Of a DNA stretch of 64,000 bases, positions 38,684-47,975 are shown in pieces; position 1 is the stretch's first letter, and each line of letters begins with the position of its first letter. The DNA lies in the NCBI GenBank assembly GCA_046597065.1, contig JBKJLI010000002.1, positions 180,071-244,070 on the forward strand, read 5' to 3'. The notes beneath the pieces were generated by a model. The model made no database searches. It had not been told where the DNA came from and was given only the letters and a program-made list of their open reading frames with translations. Origin of the DNA: Candidatus Saccharimonadia bacterium (lineage in GTDB: Bacteria; Patescibacteriota; Saccharimonadia; UBA4664; SCTI01). The position numbers and the translations under genes were made by a program.

Positions 38684-39427
38684 ATGCATCAGCTGACTCG
38701 CCAACAGGTAGAATGGGTGATTAACCGGCCTGGTGGATCGGTGTTACTGCATGGGCATCAACATGGAAAGATCGCAGTTGCCCAAGAAATCGCTCGAAGA
38801 CTGAACTGCACTGGTTGCAGTGATGGTAGCTGTGCGTCATGTCGGTTAGTGGAAGCAGGTAATCATCCTGATATTCTGTTCGTTCAACCTAACGATAAGG
38901 GTAAAATCATAATCGAACAAATCCATGAGTTGCATCACCAATTAACCTATAATCAATATAGCGCCGGAGCGCATCGGGTGGTAATCATCGAAAATGCTCA
39001 CCTTATGACGTTGCCAGCCGAAAATGCTTTTTTAAAAACACTTGAAGAGCCGCCAGTGGACACCACCATAATCCTAACCGCGATAAGCCCATCAAGTTTG
39101 CTAGCAACTACAGTATCAAGATGCCGGTTGGTGTATGTGGCACCGGTTGCCAATCAGCTTGCCATAGTCAACCCTGAGTTAGAGGATTTAACCGAGCGCT
39201 TATTAAGCACGGATAACTTGCTTGTACGCTTAGCAGCAGCCGGTGAGGCCGCTAAATTAGGAGGTGAATATTTCGAGCAAATTACTGCAAAGGTGCGCCG
39301 GCAAGCCCGCTCTAATTCGGCAAACGCCCTTAATCTATCCGCAGTGCAAAGATTAAAGCAACGCATAGACGCAAATGTGGCAGCAAAAACCGCTTATGAG
39401 GCTTTTGCCTTGGAATTAAAGTGCTAG
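38684..39427 (+). CDS. holB: DNA polymerase III delta' subunit (short form)
   Basis: C..C...C..C Zn motif, NHPD, A.NAFLKTLEEPP, T.VSRC. Confidence 0.85.
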   Translation: MHQLTRQQVEWVINRPGGSVLLHGHQHGKIAVAQEIARRLNCTGCSDGSCASCRLVEAGNHPDILFVQPNDKGKIIIEQIHELHHQLTYNQYSAGAHRVVIIENAHLMTLPAENAFLKTLEEPPVDTTIILTAISPSSLLATTVSRCRLVYVAPVANQLAIVNPELEDLTERLLSTDNLLVRLAAAGEAAKLGGEYFEQITAKVRRQARSNSANALNLSAVQRLKQRIDANVAAKTAYEAFALELKC

Positions 39428-40089
39428 GAGCAGTATTCCTAGCCGGAGCTAGCTTTTATCTTTACCGACTGTTAGGTGGAGCTCCTCAACTACGGCTACG
39501 TCGCGTAGAGCAGGGCCAGGCGACATCGGCCAAGATAGATGAGCTAACTGAGTACGCTAGTCGCATGCGCGCAACCAAAAAGTATTCTACAACTGAAAAG
39601 GTATACCTCCAGATTTTAAAACTGGATCACCGACATGCCGCAACCTACAGCCGACTGGGTACTCTTTATTCCCTACAGAAAAATTATGGTGACGCAATTG
39701 AGTGCTTTCAACTTGCCACCCAACTGGCTCCGGCTGGTCCAACTTACTATAATTTGGGATTGGGTTTTTTTGAAAACGGCAATTTTATAAAGTCGATAGC
39801 GGCGTTCGAAAAATCAATCATGTTCGAGCCAACTGTGCAGCGCTACATAGGTTTAGCCAAAACCTACCAAAAAACCGGCGATAATCCCAAAATGATCAGT
39901 GCGTTAGAGCAAGCTAATCAGATAGAGATAACGCCTAGGGTGCTTTGGCTGCTAGCCGATGCCTATCATAGCGATGGGCGAGACGACGAAGCCGAGTCTT
40001 GCATTAAGCAGATTAGTAAAATTGACCCAACCAATGAACGATTGCGTCTGCTGAAACAACGTGCCAAAAATGGTGCCCGCACAGGTTGA
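39421..40089 (+). CDS. Membrane-anchored tetratricopeptide-repeat protein
   Basis: N-terminal hydrophobic segment; Y..LG..Y, AI..F..A..L.P repeats. Confidence 0.85.
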   Translation: MLGAVFLAGASFYLYRLLGGAPQLRLRRVEQGQATSAKIDELTEYASRMRATKKYSTTEKVYLQILKLDHRHAATYSRLGTLYSLQKNYGDAIECFQLATQLAPAGPTYYNLGLGFFENGNFIKSIAAFEKSIMFEPTVQRYIGLAKTYQKTGDNPKMISALEQANQIEITPRVLWLLADAYHSDGRDDEAESCIKQISKIDPTNERLRLLKQRAKNGARTG

Positions 40090-40114
40090 AAAAGGCTATA
40101 CTAGGTGGTATGCT
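40086..40114 (+). promoter_or_regulatory. tRNA cluster promoter
   Basis: TTGAAA-17-TATGCT with extended TGn. Confidence 0.7.
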
Positions 40115-40168
40115 ACTGGGGTTGCCAAGCTAGGCAGTTGGACTCATTAGTAGCTAATCAAGCGTTAC

Positions 40169-40243
40169 GCCGACGTAGCTCAATGGTAGAGCAACAGTTT
40201 TGTAAACTGTAGGTTGCGGGTTCAATTCCTGTCGTCGGCTCCA
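40169..40243 (+). tRNA. tRNA-Thr(TGT)
   Basis: GCCGACG/CGTCGGC stem; ACAGT-TTTGTAA-ACTGT; CCA. Confidence 0.97.
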
Positions 40244-40248
40244 TATAT

Positions 40249-40334
40249 GCCGGGTTACCCAAGCGGTCAACGGGGGCAGACTGTAAATCTGCTGGCAGTA
40301 GCCTTCGGGAGTTCAAATCTCTCACCCGGCACCA
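40249..40334 (+). tRNA. tRNA-Tyr(GTA)
   Basis: GCCGGGT/ACCCGGC stem; GCAGA-CTGTAAA-TCTGC; long variable arm; CCA. Confidence 0.97.
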
Positions 40335-40338
40335 TTAA

Positions 40339-40413
<75 letters not shown>

Positions 40414-40472
40414 TATGCTCAAGAAGCTATCATTATCAGTTAATTAACTATTTAAGAATTGAGAAACATGAC

Positions 40473-40634
40473 ATGGCTAAGAAAAACCGACCGGTGATCA
40501 CGTTGCGTTCTAAAGAGGACCCAACAACTGTTTACAGCACCACAAAAAACCCCAAAAACACTACCGATCGTTTGGTACTAAATAAGTACTCCAAGCAGCT
40601 TAAAAAGGTGGTAGAGTTTCGAGAAGAAAAGTAA
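40473..40634 (+). CDS. rpmG: 50S ribosomal protein L33 (Cys-free type)
   Basis: MAKKNRPVITL..Y.TTKN.KN...RL.L.KY......V.F.E.K; canonical position before tRNA-Trp. Confidence 0.93.
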   Translation: MAKKNRPVITLRSKEDPTTVYSTTKNPKNTTDRLVLNKYSKQLKKVVEFREEK

Positions 40635-40698
40635 CTCTCTAACCCGAGAGTTTGGTACAATGCTGGCAGGCCATTATATGGCGGCCTTCATTGCATAT

Positions 40699-40774
40699 AG
40701 GGGTGTAGCTCAGCTGGTAGAGCAACGGTCTCCAAAACCGTGTGTCGTGGGTTCAAGTCCTGCCACCCCTGCCA
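40699..40774 (+). tRNA. tRNA-Trp(CCA)
   Basis: AGGGGTG/CACCCCT stem; ACGGT-CTCCAAA-ACCGT; CCA. Confidence 0.97.
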
Positions 40775-40797
40775 TTGCAATTATAAAACTTTGAGGG

Positions 40798-41202
40798 ATG
40801 GCTAATATGCTCGATAAGCCGAATGATTATTGGAAGCAAAAGCTCACGCCAGAGCAGTTCCATATAACACGAGAAAAAGGTACTGAACTGCCATTTAGTG
40901 GCTCCTTGCTTCAGAACAAAGATGATGGCATGTACGCTTGTGTTGCCTGCGGACAGGATTTGTTCAGCTCTGACACCAAGTTTGAATCTAGCACTGGCTG
41001 GCCTAGCTTTTATGATGCTGTAAGTAAGTCTAATGTTAAGTTTGAAGATGATTACTCGTTTGGTGGCCATCGGGTCGAGGTTATGTGTTCTAATTGTGGC
41101 GCTCATTTGGGGCACGTTTTTCCGGATGGCCCAAGCGATAAAACCGGTCAGCGTTACTGTATTAACTCGCTGGCATTAGACTTTAAGAAAAAGGGCAAGT
41201 GA
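40798..41202 (+). CDS. msrB: Methionine-R-sulfoxide reductase
   Basis: GTE.PF, KFES.TGWPSF, HLGHVF.DGP, RYCINS. Confidence 0.98.
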   Translation: MANMLDKPNDYWKQKLTPEQFHITREKGTELPFSGSLLQNKDDGMYACVACGQDLFSSDTKFESSTGWPSFYDAVSKSNVKFEDDYSFGGHRVEVMCSNCGAHLGHVFPDGPSDKTGQRYCINSLALDFKKKGK

Positions 41203-41708
41203 TGGCTGGACAAACAAAAACTATGATTGTTGCGGGAGGCTGTTTTTGGGGCGTCGAGGCGGCTTTTAGGCAAATACCTGGGGTATTGAAAACCGCGGCT
41301 GGCTACACTGGAGGTTCTGTCGAAAATCCAACATATGAACAAGTTTGCCGTGATGATACCGGTCACGCCGAAGCGGTAAAGGTGGTGTTCGACCCTTCAA
41401 AAATAACTTACCAGAATTTATTAGGGCACTTTTGGCAGCTGCACGACCCCACCCAAATGAATCGCCAGGGGCCGGATGTTGGGCGGCAGTACCGCTCGGC
41501 CATCTTTTACTTGAGTGACGCCCAAAAGCAGGCGGCCGAAGCCTCTAAACAGGCGCTGGCCGATAGTGGCGTGTGGAATATGCCGATAGCAACCGAGATT
41601 GTGGCGGCGACCGAGTTTTACCCGGCCGAGGATTACCATCAACAGTATTTAGAAAAACGCGGCCAATCCACCTGCACGCCCGAACTAAAACTGCCCACCA
41701 AAGCGTAA
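41202..41708 (+). CDS. msrA: Methionine-S-sulfoxide reductase
   Basis: GGCFWG, GHAE, RQGPD.G.QYRS, AEDYHQ.Y. Confidence 0.98.
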   Translation: MAGQTKTMIVAGGCFWGVEAAFRQIPGVLKTAAGYTGGSVENPTYEQVCRDDTGHAEAVKVVFDPSKITYQNLLGHFWQLHDPTQMNRQGPDVGRQYRSAIFYLSDAQKQAAEASKQALADSGVWNMPIATEIVAATEFYPAEDYHQQYLEKRGQSTCTPELKLPTKA

Positions 41709-41716
41709 GCGTTTTA

Positions 41717-41745
41717 TTGACTTTATTTAGTCTCCACCAGATAAT
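41717..41745 (+). promoter_or_regulatory. Leaderless-type promoter of 41752
   Basis: TTGACT-17-GATAAT, then 6 nt, then ATG. Confidence 0.7.
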
Positions 41746-41751
41746 ATTGTA

Positions 41752-42336
41752 ATGAATCCATTTCGTTTACTAGACATGCCTCTTGAAGAAATTGTTGAGG
41801 GATGGACCGGTCACTATGAAACTAAGGGTCGGGTGGTTGATGCCGATTGCGTAATTGGGCCGTCGTTTGGTTATCGAGGAAAACCCGGCTATGGTCATGC
41901 CGAGCCTGGCTTGAGCAATCAGGATTTAGCGGCGGTGGCGGCAAAACATTATGGCAAACTGCCCAAAATTCTGCAGTTTGAGCTGGGAGAGGCCTATCAG
42001 GCTCACGGTAAACGACCAGGCGAAAAAGTCTTTATGATAAAGCGACATCGCAAGCGTGGTCGCTACTTAGACACTCGCGAGGTTTTAGAGCAAGCCAAGA
42101 TCATTATGGAACAAAACGGTTATAAGAAAGCACTGCTGCTCGCCCATCCCAACCATATGCCCCGGGTGCAAATGTGCTGTGACCGTCTAGGTATTGAATG
42201 GATTGCTACATCGGATATGCGTGGTGCGATCGAGTTTGACCCGCTATCGACCCAAAAATGGACGCGATCAATTGATGATTGGCGTGGCTATGAGCCACTA
42301 GCCCTGGCTTTTTATAGGATGAAGGGCTTCGCTTGA
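41752..42336 (+). CDS. Hypothetical protein, distant YdcF/DUF218-like
   Basis: DTREVL...K.IM...G.KKALLLAHPNHMPRV resembles the T.E / H..R motifs of DUF218. Confidence 0.6.
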   Translation: MNPFRLLDMPLEEIVEGWTGHYETKGRVVDADCVIGPSFGYRGKPGYGHAEPGLSNQDLAAVAAKHYGKLPKILQFELGEAYQAHGKRPGEKVFMIKRHRKRGRYLDTREVLEQAKIIMEQNGYKKALLLAHPNHMPRVQMCCDRLGIEWIATSDMRGAIEFDPLSTQKWTRSIDDWRGYEPLALAFYRMKGFA

Positions 42337-43511
42337 AACACGTCGTGGTGGTGGGCGGCGGATTTGCCGGAGTAAAGTTAGCCCGCGAACTACAACATGA
42401 TCATCGTTTTTTAGTCACCCTCATCAGTTCTAACCATTACTTTGAGTACCACGCCGCTCTTTATCGATCTGCAACTGGACGCTCGCACCTAGAAGTAGCC
42501 GTACCGCTTGAAGAAATATTTGCTGGAACCAATGTTGATGTGGTGCGTGACGATGTCATTAAAATAGATGCTCATAAGCGAATTGTATCTACCAAGGGTA
42601 AGCTCGCTTACCGTTATGATGAGCTAGTTATCGGAACAGGTGTAACCACTTCGTTTTTTGGGATAAAAGGTTTGCCTCAGTACTCATATGGAATGAAAAG
42701 TATGGTGGAAGCCGAAAAGCTAAAAGCACACCTGCACTCTGAGCTAACCAGTGGCCATAAGCCCGATCTTAACTATGTTGTGGTGGGTGCTGGGCCAAGT
42801 GGTGTGGAACTAGCCGCAGAAATGGTTAGTTATTTATCTCGATTACGCAAAAAGCATGGTATCAAAAAACAGTTTCACGTTGACTTGGTCGAGGCGGCAC
42901 CGCGGATACTGCCAAACATGTCGGAGGCTTTTGCCGAAACTGTAATGCACCGCTTACAGAGTTTAGGTGTGTACGTTTATACCGACACAATGGTAAAAGC
43001 CGAAACCGCCGACAAACTAATATTGCCTCATGGCAGCATCGATACCCACACGGTAGTTTGGACGGCTGGTATGACTAACAGTCCGCTGCCAGTTAACAAT
43101 CCAAAGCTATTTAAGCTTGGCAAAGGAGCTCGAGTAGAAGTGGGGCCTAAGCTAGAAGCTGCCGAGCATATTTGGGTTGCCGGCGACAGCGCTGATACCA
43201 AATACACCGGTTGGGCTCAAACCGCTTGCTACGATGGTTGGTATTTAGCGGAAAATTTTCGACGAGAGCATGATGGGGATCGGCCACTAAAATACGCTCC
43301 TAAAAAGCCAATTGGCGCAATTCCGGTTGGCCCTCACTGGTGTGCCGTGCCATTAGCCGGCTTAACATTAACCGGATACTTAGGCTGGATAGTCCGTCGA
43401 TACGTTGATTTAAAGCTGATGTTAAGTGTGTTGCCAGCTGGTATGGCTTGGCGAGTTTGGGGTATGGGACGCATAGCTGAAGAAAGCTGCCAGATCTGTC
43501 GATCGGCTTGA
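42333..43511 (+). CDS. FAD-dependent oxidoreductase, type II NADH dehydrogenase-like
   Basis: VVVVGGGFAG, VVVGAGPSGVELAAE, VWTAG, AGD. Confidence 0.9.
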   Translation: MKHVVVVGGGFAGVKLARELQHDHRFLVTLISSNHYFEYHAALYRSATGRSHLEVAVPLEEIFAGTNVDVVRDDVIKIDAHKRIVSTKGKLAYRYDELVIGTGVTTSFFGIKGLPQYSYGMKSMVEAEKLKAHLHSELTSGHKPDLNYVVVGAGPSGVELAAEMVSYLSRLRKKHGIKKQFHVDLVEAAPRILPNMSEAFAETVMHRLQSLGVYVYTDTMVKAETADKLILPHGSIDTHTVVWTAGMTNSPLPVNNPKLFKLGKGARVEVGPKLEAAEHIWVAGDSADTKYTGWAQTACYDGWYLAENFRREHDGDRPLKYAPKKPIGAIPVGPHWCAVPLAGLTLTGYLGWIVRRYVDLKLMLSVLPAGMAWRVWGMGRIAEESCQICRSA

Positions 43512-43544
43512 GCCTATGCGCCAACCTGCTATGCTAGATAAAGT

Positions 43545-44936
43545 ATGAAATCTGCCCACACTCTTATTGTAGATACACTTAAACACCTCGACGAACCGGT
43601 TGTGGTGCGGGGTTGGTTGCACAGCCTACGCGATATGGGCCAGATCGTTTTCATTGAACTACGCGATCAAACCGGAAATTTACAGATCGTAGTTGACGAT
43701 CCATCAACGCTGCCAAAGCTCAGCGTCGAGTCGGTACTAGAGATTCATGGTGTTGTGCGCCAGCGAGGGGAGCGCTATGTTAATAAAAATATTGTGACTG
43801 GAACAATTGAGCTTGGTGCCCAAAAAGTAAAGGTTCTAAACGTTAGCGCTGAGCTACCATTTGAAGTTAAAAAGGATTCCGCCGAAGTTAACGAAGAGTT
43901 GCGCCTAAAGTACCGTTATTTAGACTTACGCACAAGCCGAATGGCTACAAATTTAAAACTACGCCACAGAGTTAATCGAGCGCTAAGGGCATTTTTAGAT
44001 GATAAAGGTTTTACTGAAATTGAAACGCCAATGCTTACAAAGGGCACGCCCGAAGGTGCCCGAGAATTTTTGGTACCATCGCGATTACACCCAGAACAGT
44101 TTTATGTACTTCCGCAATCGCCTCAGCAATTCAAGCAGCTGCTAATGGTCGGTGGTATTGGTCGCTATTATCAGATTGCAAGGTGTTTGCGTGACGAAGA
44201 CCAACGTGGTGATCGACAGCCAGAGTTTACCCAGCTAGATATTGAAATGTCATTTATGAATCAGGATGAGCTTTTGGCTCTAATTGAAGAATTAGTGGCC
44301 GATTTAATTGAAGCTGTTCGACCCGGCGCCAAAGTAGCAACTCCCTTCAGTCGGCTAACTTATGCCGAGGCTATAGCAAAGCACCAAACAGATAAACCGG
44401 ATCTTCGTAAAGATAAAGATGATCTCAATGAACTGGCCTTTTGCTGGATTACCGAGTTCCCGATGTTCGAGATTAATAATGAGACTAGCAAAGTAGATGC
44501 GGTACATCATCCATTTACGGCACCAATGGAGGAGGATTTAGCGAAGTTAAAAAATGATCCATCTAAAGTGCGCGCTGCTGCATACGATTTAGTACTTAAT
44601 GGCTACGAAATCGCCGGAGGCTCTCTCAGGATTTTCCAATCTGATTTACAGGAACAAGTTTTTGAGCTACTTGGCTTAACTAAGCATGAGATTGAGCAAA
44701 GATTTGGGCATATGCTAGAGGCATTTAAGTATGGCGCCCCGCCTCATGGCGGTATCGCTTTTGGGCTTGATCGTTTACTGATGATTTTAGCTGGCGAACC
44801 AAACATCCGCGAAATTATTGCATTTCCCAAAACCGGTGACGGCCGCGATCCTCTTACTGGCGCCCCAACAACTGTTAGCGAAAATGCCCTAGCTGAAGCT
44901 CACATCAAAACTGTTCCACCAAAACGGGCCAAATAA
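43545..44936 (+). CDS. aspS: Aspartate--tRNA ligase (short form, no GAD domain)
   Basis: LRLKYRYLDLR, TPEGAREF, LPQSPQ.FKQLLM, DRQPEFTQ.D, HHPFT, PPHGGIAFGLDR. Confidence 0.97.
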   Translation: MKSAHTLIVDTLKHLDEPVVVRGWLHSLRDMGQIVFIELRDQTGNLQIVVDDPSTLPKLSVESVLEIHGVVRQRGERYVNKNIVTGTIELGAQKVKVLNVSAELPFEVKKDSAEVNEELRLKYRYLDLRTSRMATNLKLRHRVNRALRAFLDDKGFTEIETPMLTKGTPEGAREFLVPSRLHPEQFYVLPQSPQQFKQLLMVGGIGRYYQIARCLRDEDQRGDRQPEFTQLDIEMSFMNQDELLALIEELVADLIEAVRPGAKVATPFSRLTYAEAIAKHQTDKPDLRKDKDDLNELAFCWITEFPMFEINNETSKVDAVHHPFTAPMEEDLAKLKNDPSKVRAAAYDLVLNGYEIAGGSLRIFQSDLQEQVFELLGLTKHEIEQRFGHMLEAFKYGAPPHGGIAFGLDRLLMILAGEPNIREIIAFPKTGDGRDPLTGAPTTVSENALAEAHIKTVPPKRAK

Positions 44937-45451
44937 TGCGGCGAGTTTTGCTAATTGTTAGCTTGTTACTATTACCAAGTTTATCCTTAGCTGATGATGC
45001 ATCGGTGCTGGGGCCGCAAACCAGCGGGAGTTCTACGGGAGTTTCTGGCACAGGCGCAGGCAATAGTTTACAACCTAACGGCAATAGCAGCCTTCAGAAC
45101 GGAGGGTCAGGCAGTAGCTTAGGGGGTAGTCAGCCCGATGCCCAATCGGTTTTGCAAAGGCCGGCAACAAGTGATGAAGCCAAACTATTTATTCAAGGTC
45201 AGGCTGATGGCGGTGGCGCAACCAAGGACCCCGAATCGCCCTGGTATTTAAACGTTTTAGGTTTGATGCTGGCTGTAGCTGCACTTGGCCTTGGGTTATG
45301 GCTTTGGCAGCGTCGCCAAATAACGGCCTCAAGCACTTCTTTTGTTCCATTAAATTCACAATCTGCAAACATACAATCCGCGTCAGAGGCTGAAACCAAA
45401 CCATCACCAAAGCTAAAAAAACGCCCTAAAAAACGCGGCAAAAGACGCTAA
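44936..45451 (+). CDS. Hypothetical exported, membrane-anchored low-complexity protein
   Basis: Signal peptide (SLA-DD), Gly/Ser-rich region, one TM segment, Lys/Arg tail. Confidence 0.75.
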   Translation: MRRVLLIVSLLLLPSLSLADDASVLGPQTSGSSTGVSGTGAGNSLQPNGNSSLQNGGSGSSLGGSQPDAQSVLQRPATSDEAKLFIQGQADGGGATKDPESPWYLNVLGLMLAVAALGLGLWLWQRRQITASSTSFVPLNSQSANIQSASEAETKPSPKLKKRPKKRGKRR

Positions 45452-45508
45452 CATCTTCCAACGACTCATCTGCTAGCGCTTATGCTTATTTAGTGGTTAA
45501 ATAAGGTT

Positions 45509-46657
45509 ATGGCTATTATCTGTCAAAACTGTGGCTCAAGCGATGTAGTCTCGATACAGGGACAGGAATTTTGTATCAATTGCGGCTCAATTGTAATAGT
45601 TCCTACGAATTCTGTTACTGAGCCATCTAAAGCCGTTCCGGAACCTGTGCCAGAGCCGGATGTTTCATCTGCCATACCAGTAGTAGTTAAAAGTGAAGTT
45701 GTCACCCCTATAGAACCCAATCATCAGCCAAATTATATAAAAGAGCCGCCTCCTACTTCTAAAGCAGTGGCCGACGATGCTCCTAAATATCATCAACGCT
45801 CACATTCTCATCATGAGCAGCATCGCCCCACCATTTTGCACCAAGCCAAGGCTCACCCCCTTAGTTATGGTTTAAGGGTGGCTGCTACAGTTGGCCTGCC
45901 GGTATCCTTGGCTATTAGTGCCGGGCTATGGTTTAATCTTGATCGCGATATCATGGTTTATTTATTACTAGGCAGCCTTTTGTTTGTTGGGGTTATGTTG
46001 GTGCTGGCTCAAAGCGCCCTGCTTTACGGCCTGTCGCGAGCCCAAGATGGTCGCCCGGTTGGCCGAAAGCAGTGGTGGGCGGTAGCTCGAGGAGGGTTTA
46101 TAGAGATATTAAATGCTGATCTGCTAACGCTCATCACTCAGGTTATTGCAGTAGCAAGTGCTTTTAGCTTGTGGCAAACATTTTTAAGAGTTCATAATGG
46201 CACAAATAATATCGACATTGCCATGCTAGTACTTGGTAACGTGCTGTTAGCTTGGATGCTCCTGGGCACTTTGGCGGCTCGTCGGATTGCGATTCCAGCA
46301 ATAATTATTGGCAATCTTAGTGGGGTAGCGGCAGTTAAGCTGGGTTGGCGTTGCTATATGCGGGCAGGAGGCCACTTAATCATGGCTCTGGCTGAAACTT
46401 GGATAGCCAGGCTTGCTTTGATTTTGGCTTTGCTAACTTTAATTCTGACAGCTGGCCATTATGCTCCTGTACTAAACGAACCAATGGTAGTTCTTGCGGC
46501 TGGAGTGGCTCTATTTGTTTCACTGTTTGCCTTGTTTATCTTAATGCTGCAGATAGAGACTAAAGTATGGCTGAAGCAGTATCGCCAATGGGTCAACACT
46601 TTTTTAGCAGCTCAAAGGATCAAGCTGTTATCCGGTCGCAATAAAAAAACCGCTTAA
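45509..46657 (+). CDS. Hypothetical membrane protein with N-terminal Zn ribbon
   Basis: CQNCG...CINCG, Pro/His-rich linker, about 6 TM segments. Confidence 0.8.
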   Translation: MAIICQNCGSSDVVSIQGQEFCINCGSIVIVPTNSVTEPSKAVPEPVPEPDVSSAIPVVVKSEVVTPIEPNHQPNYIKEPPPTSKAVADDAPKYHQRSHSHHEQHRPTILHQAKAHPLSYGLRVAATVGLPVSLAISAGLWFNLDRDIMVYLLLGSLLFVGVMLVLAQSALLYGLSRAQDGRPVGRKQWWAVARGGFIEILNADLLTLITQVIAVASAFSLWQTFLRVHNGTNNIDIAMLVLGNVLLAWMLLGTLAARRIAIPAIIIGNLSGVAAVKLGWRCYMRAGGHLIMALAETWIARLALILALLTLILTAGHYAPVLNEPMVVLAAGVALFVSLFALFILMLQIETKVWLKQYRQWVNTFLAAQRIKLLSGRNKKTA

Positions 46658-46660
46658 ACG

Positions 46661-46690
46661 TTGACATCAACCTGAAAATAAGGGTAGAAT
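46661..46690 (+). promoter_or_regulatory. secE-nusG promoter
   Basis: TTGACA-18-TAGAAT. Confidence 0.7.
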
Positions 46691-46745
46691 TGACATCAAA
46701 GCCGCAGGGCTTTTTAAAATTGCCAAAAATGGTGAAGGGCACATT

Positions 46746-46934
46746 ATGGATCGATTATTAACCTATTTGCGTAACTCACGCACTGAGCTAGCTAAGGTAG
46801 TCTGGCCCAGCCGGCAGCAAGCGGTCCGCCTGAGCATCAACATTGTTATTTTTGTAATATTCATCGCCCTGTTCATTGGTGCAGTCGACTTCTTGCTGAC
46901 GCAGCTGGTACAAAAAGTAATTCTTAAAGGATAA
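46746..46934 (+). CDS. secE: Preprotein translocase subunit SecE
   Basis: EL.KVVWPS, single TM, upstream of nusG. Confidence 0.96.
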   Translation: MDRLLTYLRNSRTELAKVVWPSRQQAVRLSINIVIFVIFIALFIGAVDFLLTQLVQKVILKG

Positions 46935-46937
46935 ATA

Positions 46938-47477
46938 ATGTCAGAATCAACCTCAATTAAGAACTGGTATGTCATCCACACCTACTCGGGTTACGAAGAT
47001 CGTGTGGCTGATAATTTACGCCAGCGAACCGAGACAATGGATATGCAGGATAAAATATTCGATGTTATCGTTCCTAAAGAGAACCAGATTGAGATCAAGA
47101 ATGGGCGTCGTCGGATTGTAGAACGCCGGATTTTTCCTGGCTACGTACTGGTCCAAATGGATGTGACAGATGATTCTTGGTATGTGGTACGTAATACCCC
47201 TAACGTTACCGGTTTTGTTGGTAGTGGCACCACCCCAACACCGATTGATCCGGACGAAGTCCGTCATATCCAAAAGCGTATGGGCGTTGAGGAACCTAAG
47301 TACAAGATTGATTTCAGTCTAGGTGAAACTGTTAACATCACCGACGGTCCATTTAAGGGCTTTGACGGCTCGGTTAATGAGATTGATGAGAGCAAGGGCA
47401 AGATTAAAGTATTGGTCAACATGTTTGGCCGCGAAACACCGGTTGAGCTTGATAGCCTCCAAGTAAAGAAGATTTAG
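46938..47477 (+). CDS. nusG: Transcription factor NusG
   Basis: WYV.HTYSGYE, FPGYVLV, VRNTP.VTGF, FGRETPVEL. Confidence 0.99.
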   Translation: MSESTSIKNWYVIHTYSGYEDRVADNLRQRTETMDMQDKIFDVIVPKENQIEIKNGRRRIVERRIFPGYVLVQMDVTDDSWYVVRNTPNVTGFVGSGTTPTPIDPDEVRHIQKRMGVEEPKYKIDFSLGETVNITDGPFKGFDGSVNEIDESKGKIKVLVNMFGRETPVELDSLQVKKI

Positions 47478-47485
47478 GAAATATT

Positions 47486-47914
47486 ATGGCAGCACCCAAA
47501 GCAATCAAAGCAAACGTAAAATTTCGGCTCCAAGCTGGAAAGGCCACGCCGGCACCTCCGGTTGGATCAATCTTAGGCGCTCAAGGCGTTAACATGATGG
47601 AGTTTGTGAACTCTTTTAATGAGCAGACCAAAGAACTAGGCGACGTACAGCTAGCTGTAAAAGTTACTATTTTTGAGGACCGCAGTTTCGAGTTTGTAAC
47701 CAAGGGTGAACCGACTGCAAGCCTAATCCGTAAGGCTGCCGGCATTCAAAAGGGGGCAGGCAACTCTCTTAAAGATAAGGTCGCTAGCCTTACTAAGGCA
47801 CAAGTAGCTGAGATTGCCGAAGCCAAATTTAAGGATCTAAATGCTAACGATCCAGAGGCCGCTCAAAAAATTGTGGCCGGTACCGCTCGTAGTATGGGCG
47901 TAACTGTAGAATAA
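47486..47914 (+). CDS. rplK: 50S ribosomal protein L11
   Basis: AGKATPAPPVG, GTARSMG. Confidence 0.99.
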   Translation: MAAPKAIKANVKFRLQAGKATPAPPVGSILGAQGVNMMEFVNSFNEQTKELGDVQLAVKVTIFEDRSFEFVTKGEPTASLIRKAAGIQKGAGNSLKDKVASLTKAQVAEIAEAKFKDLNANDPEAAQKIVAGTARSMGVTVE

Positions 47915-47933
47915 AGCACCGATAGTAAATTAA

Positions 47934-47965
47934 TGTGGGAGGCTAAAAGCCGCACGCACCACAGG
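47934..47965 (+). promoter_or_regulatory. Candidate L1 autoregulatory binding site before rplA
   Basis: TGTGGGAG-GGCT/AGCC hairpin-...ACCACA, matching the GTGGGAG...ACCAC L1-site pattern, adjacent to the AGGAG SD. Confidence 0.65.
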
Positions 47966-47975
47966 AGAAATCACC

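Noticed and set aside
46661-46699. Direct repeat TTGACATCAA, two copies
   Set aside because: Explained by tandem -35 boxes; two copies only, not an array
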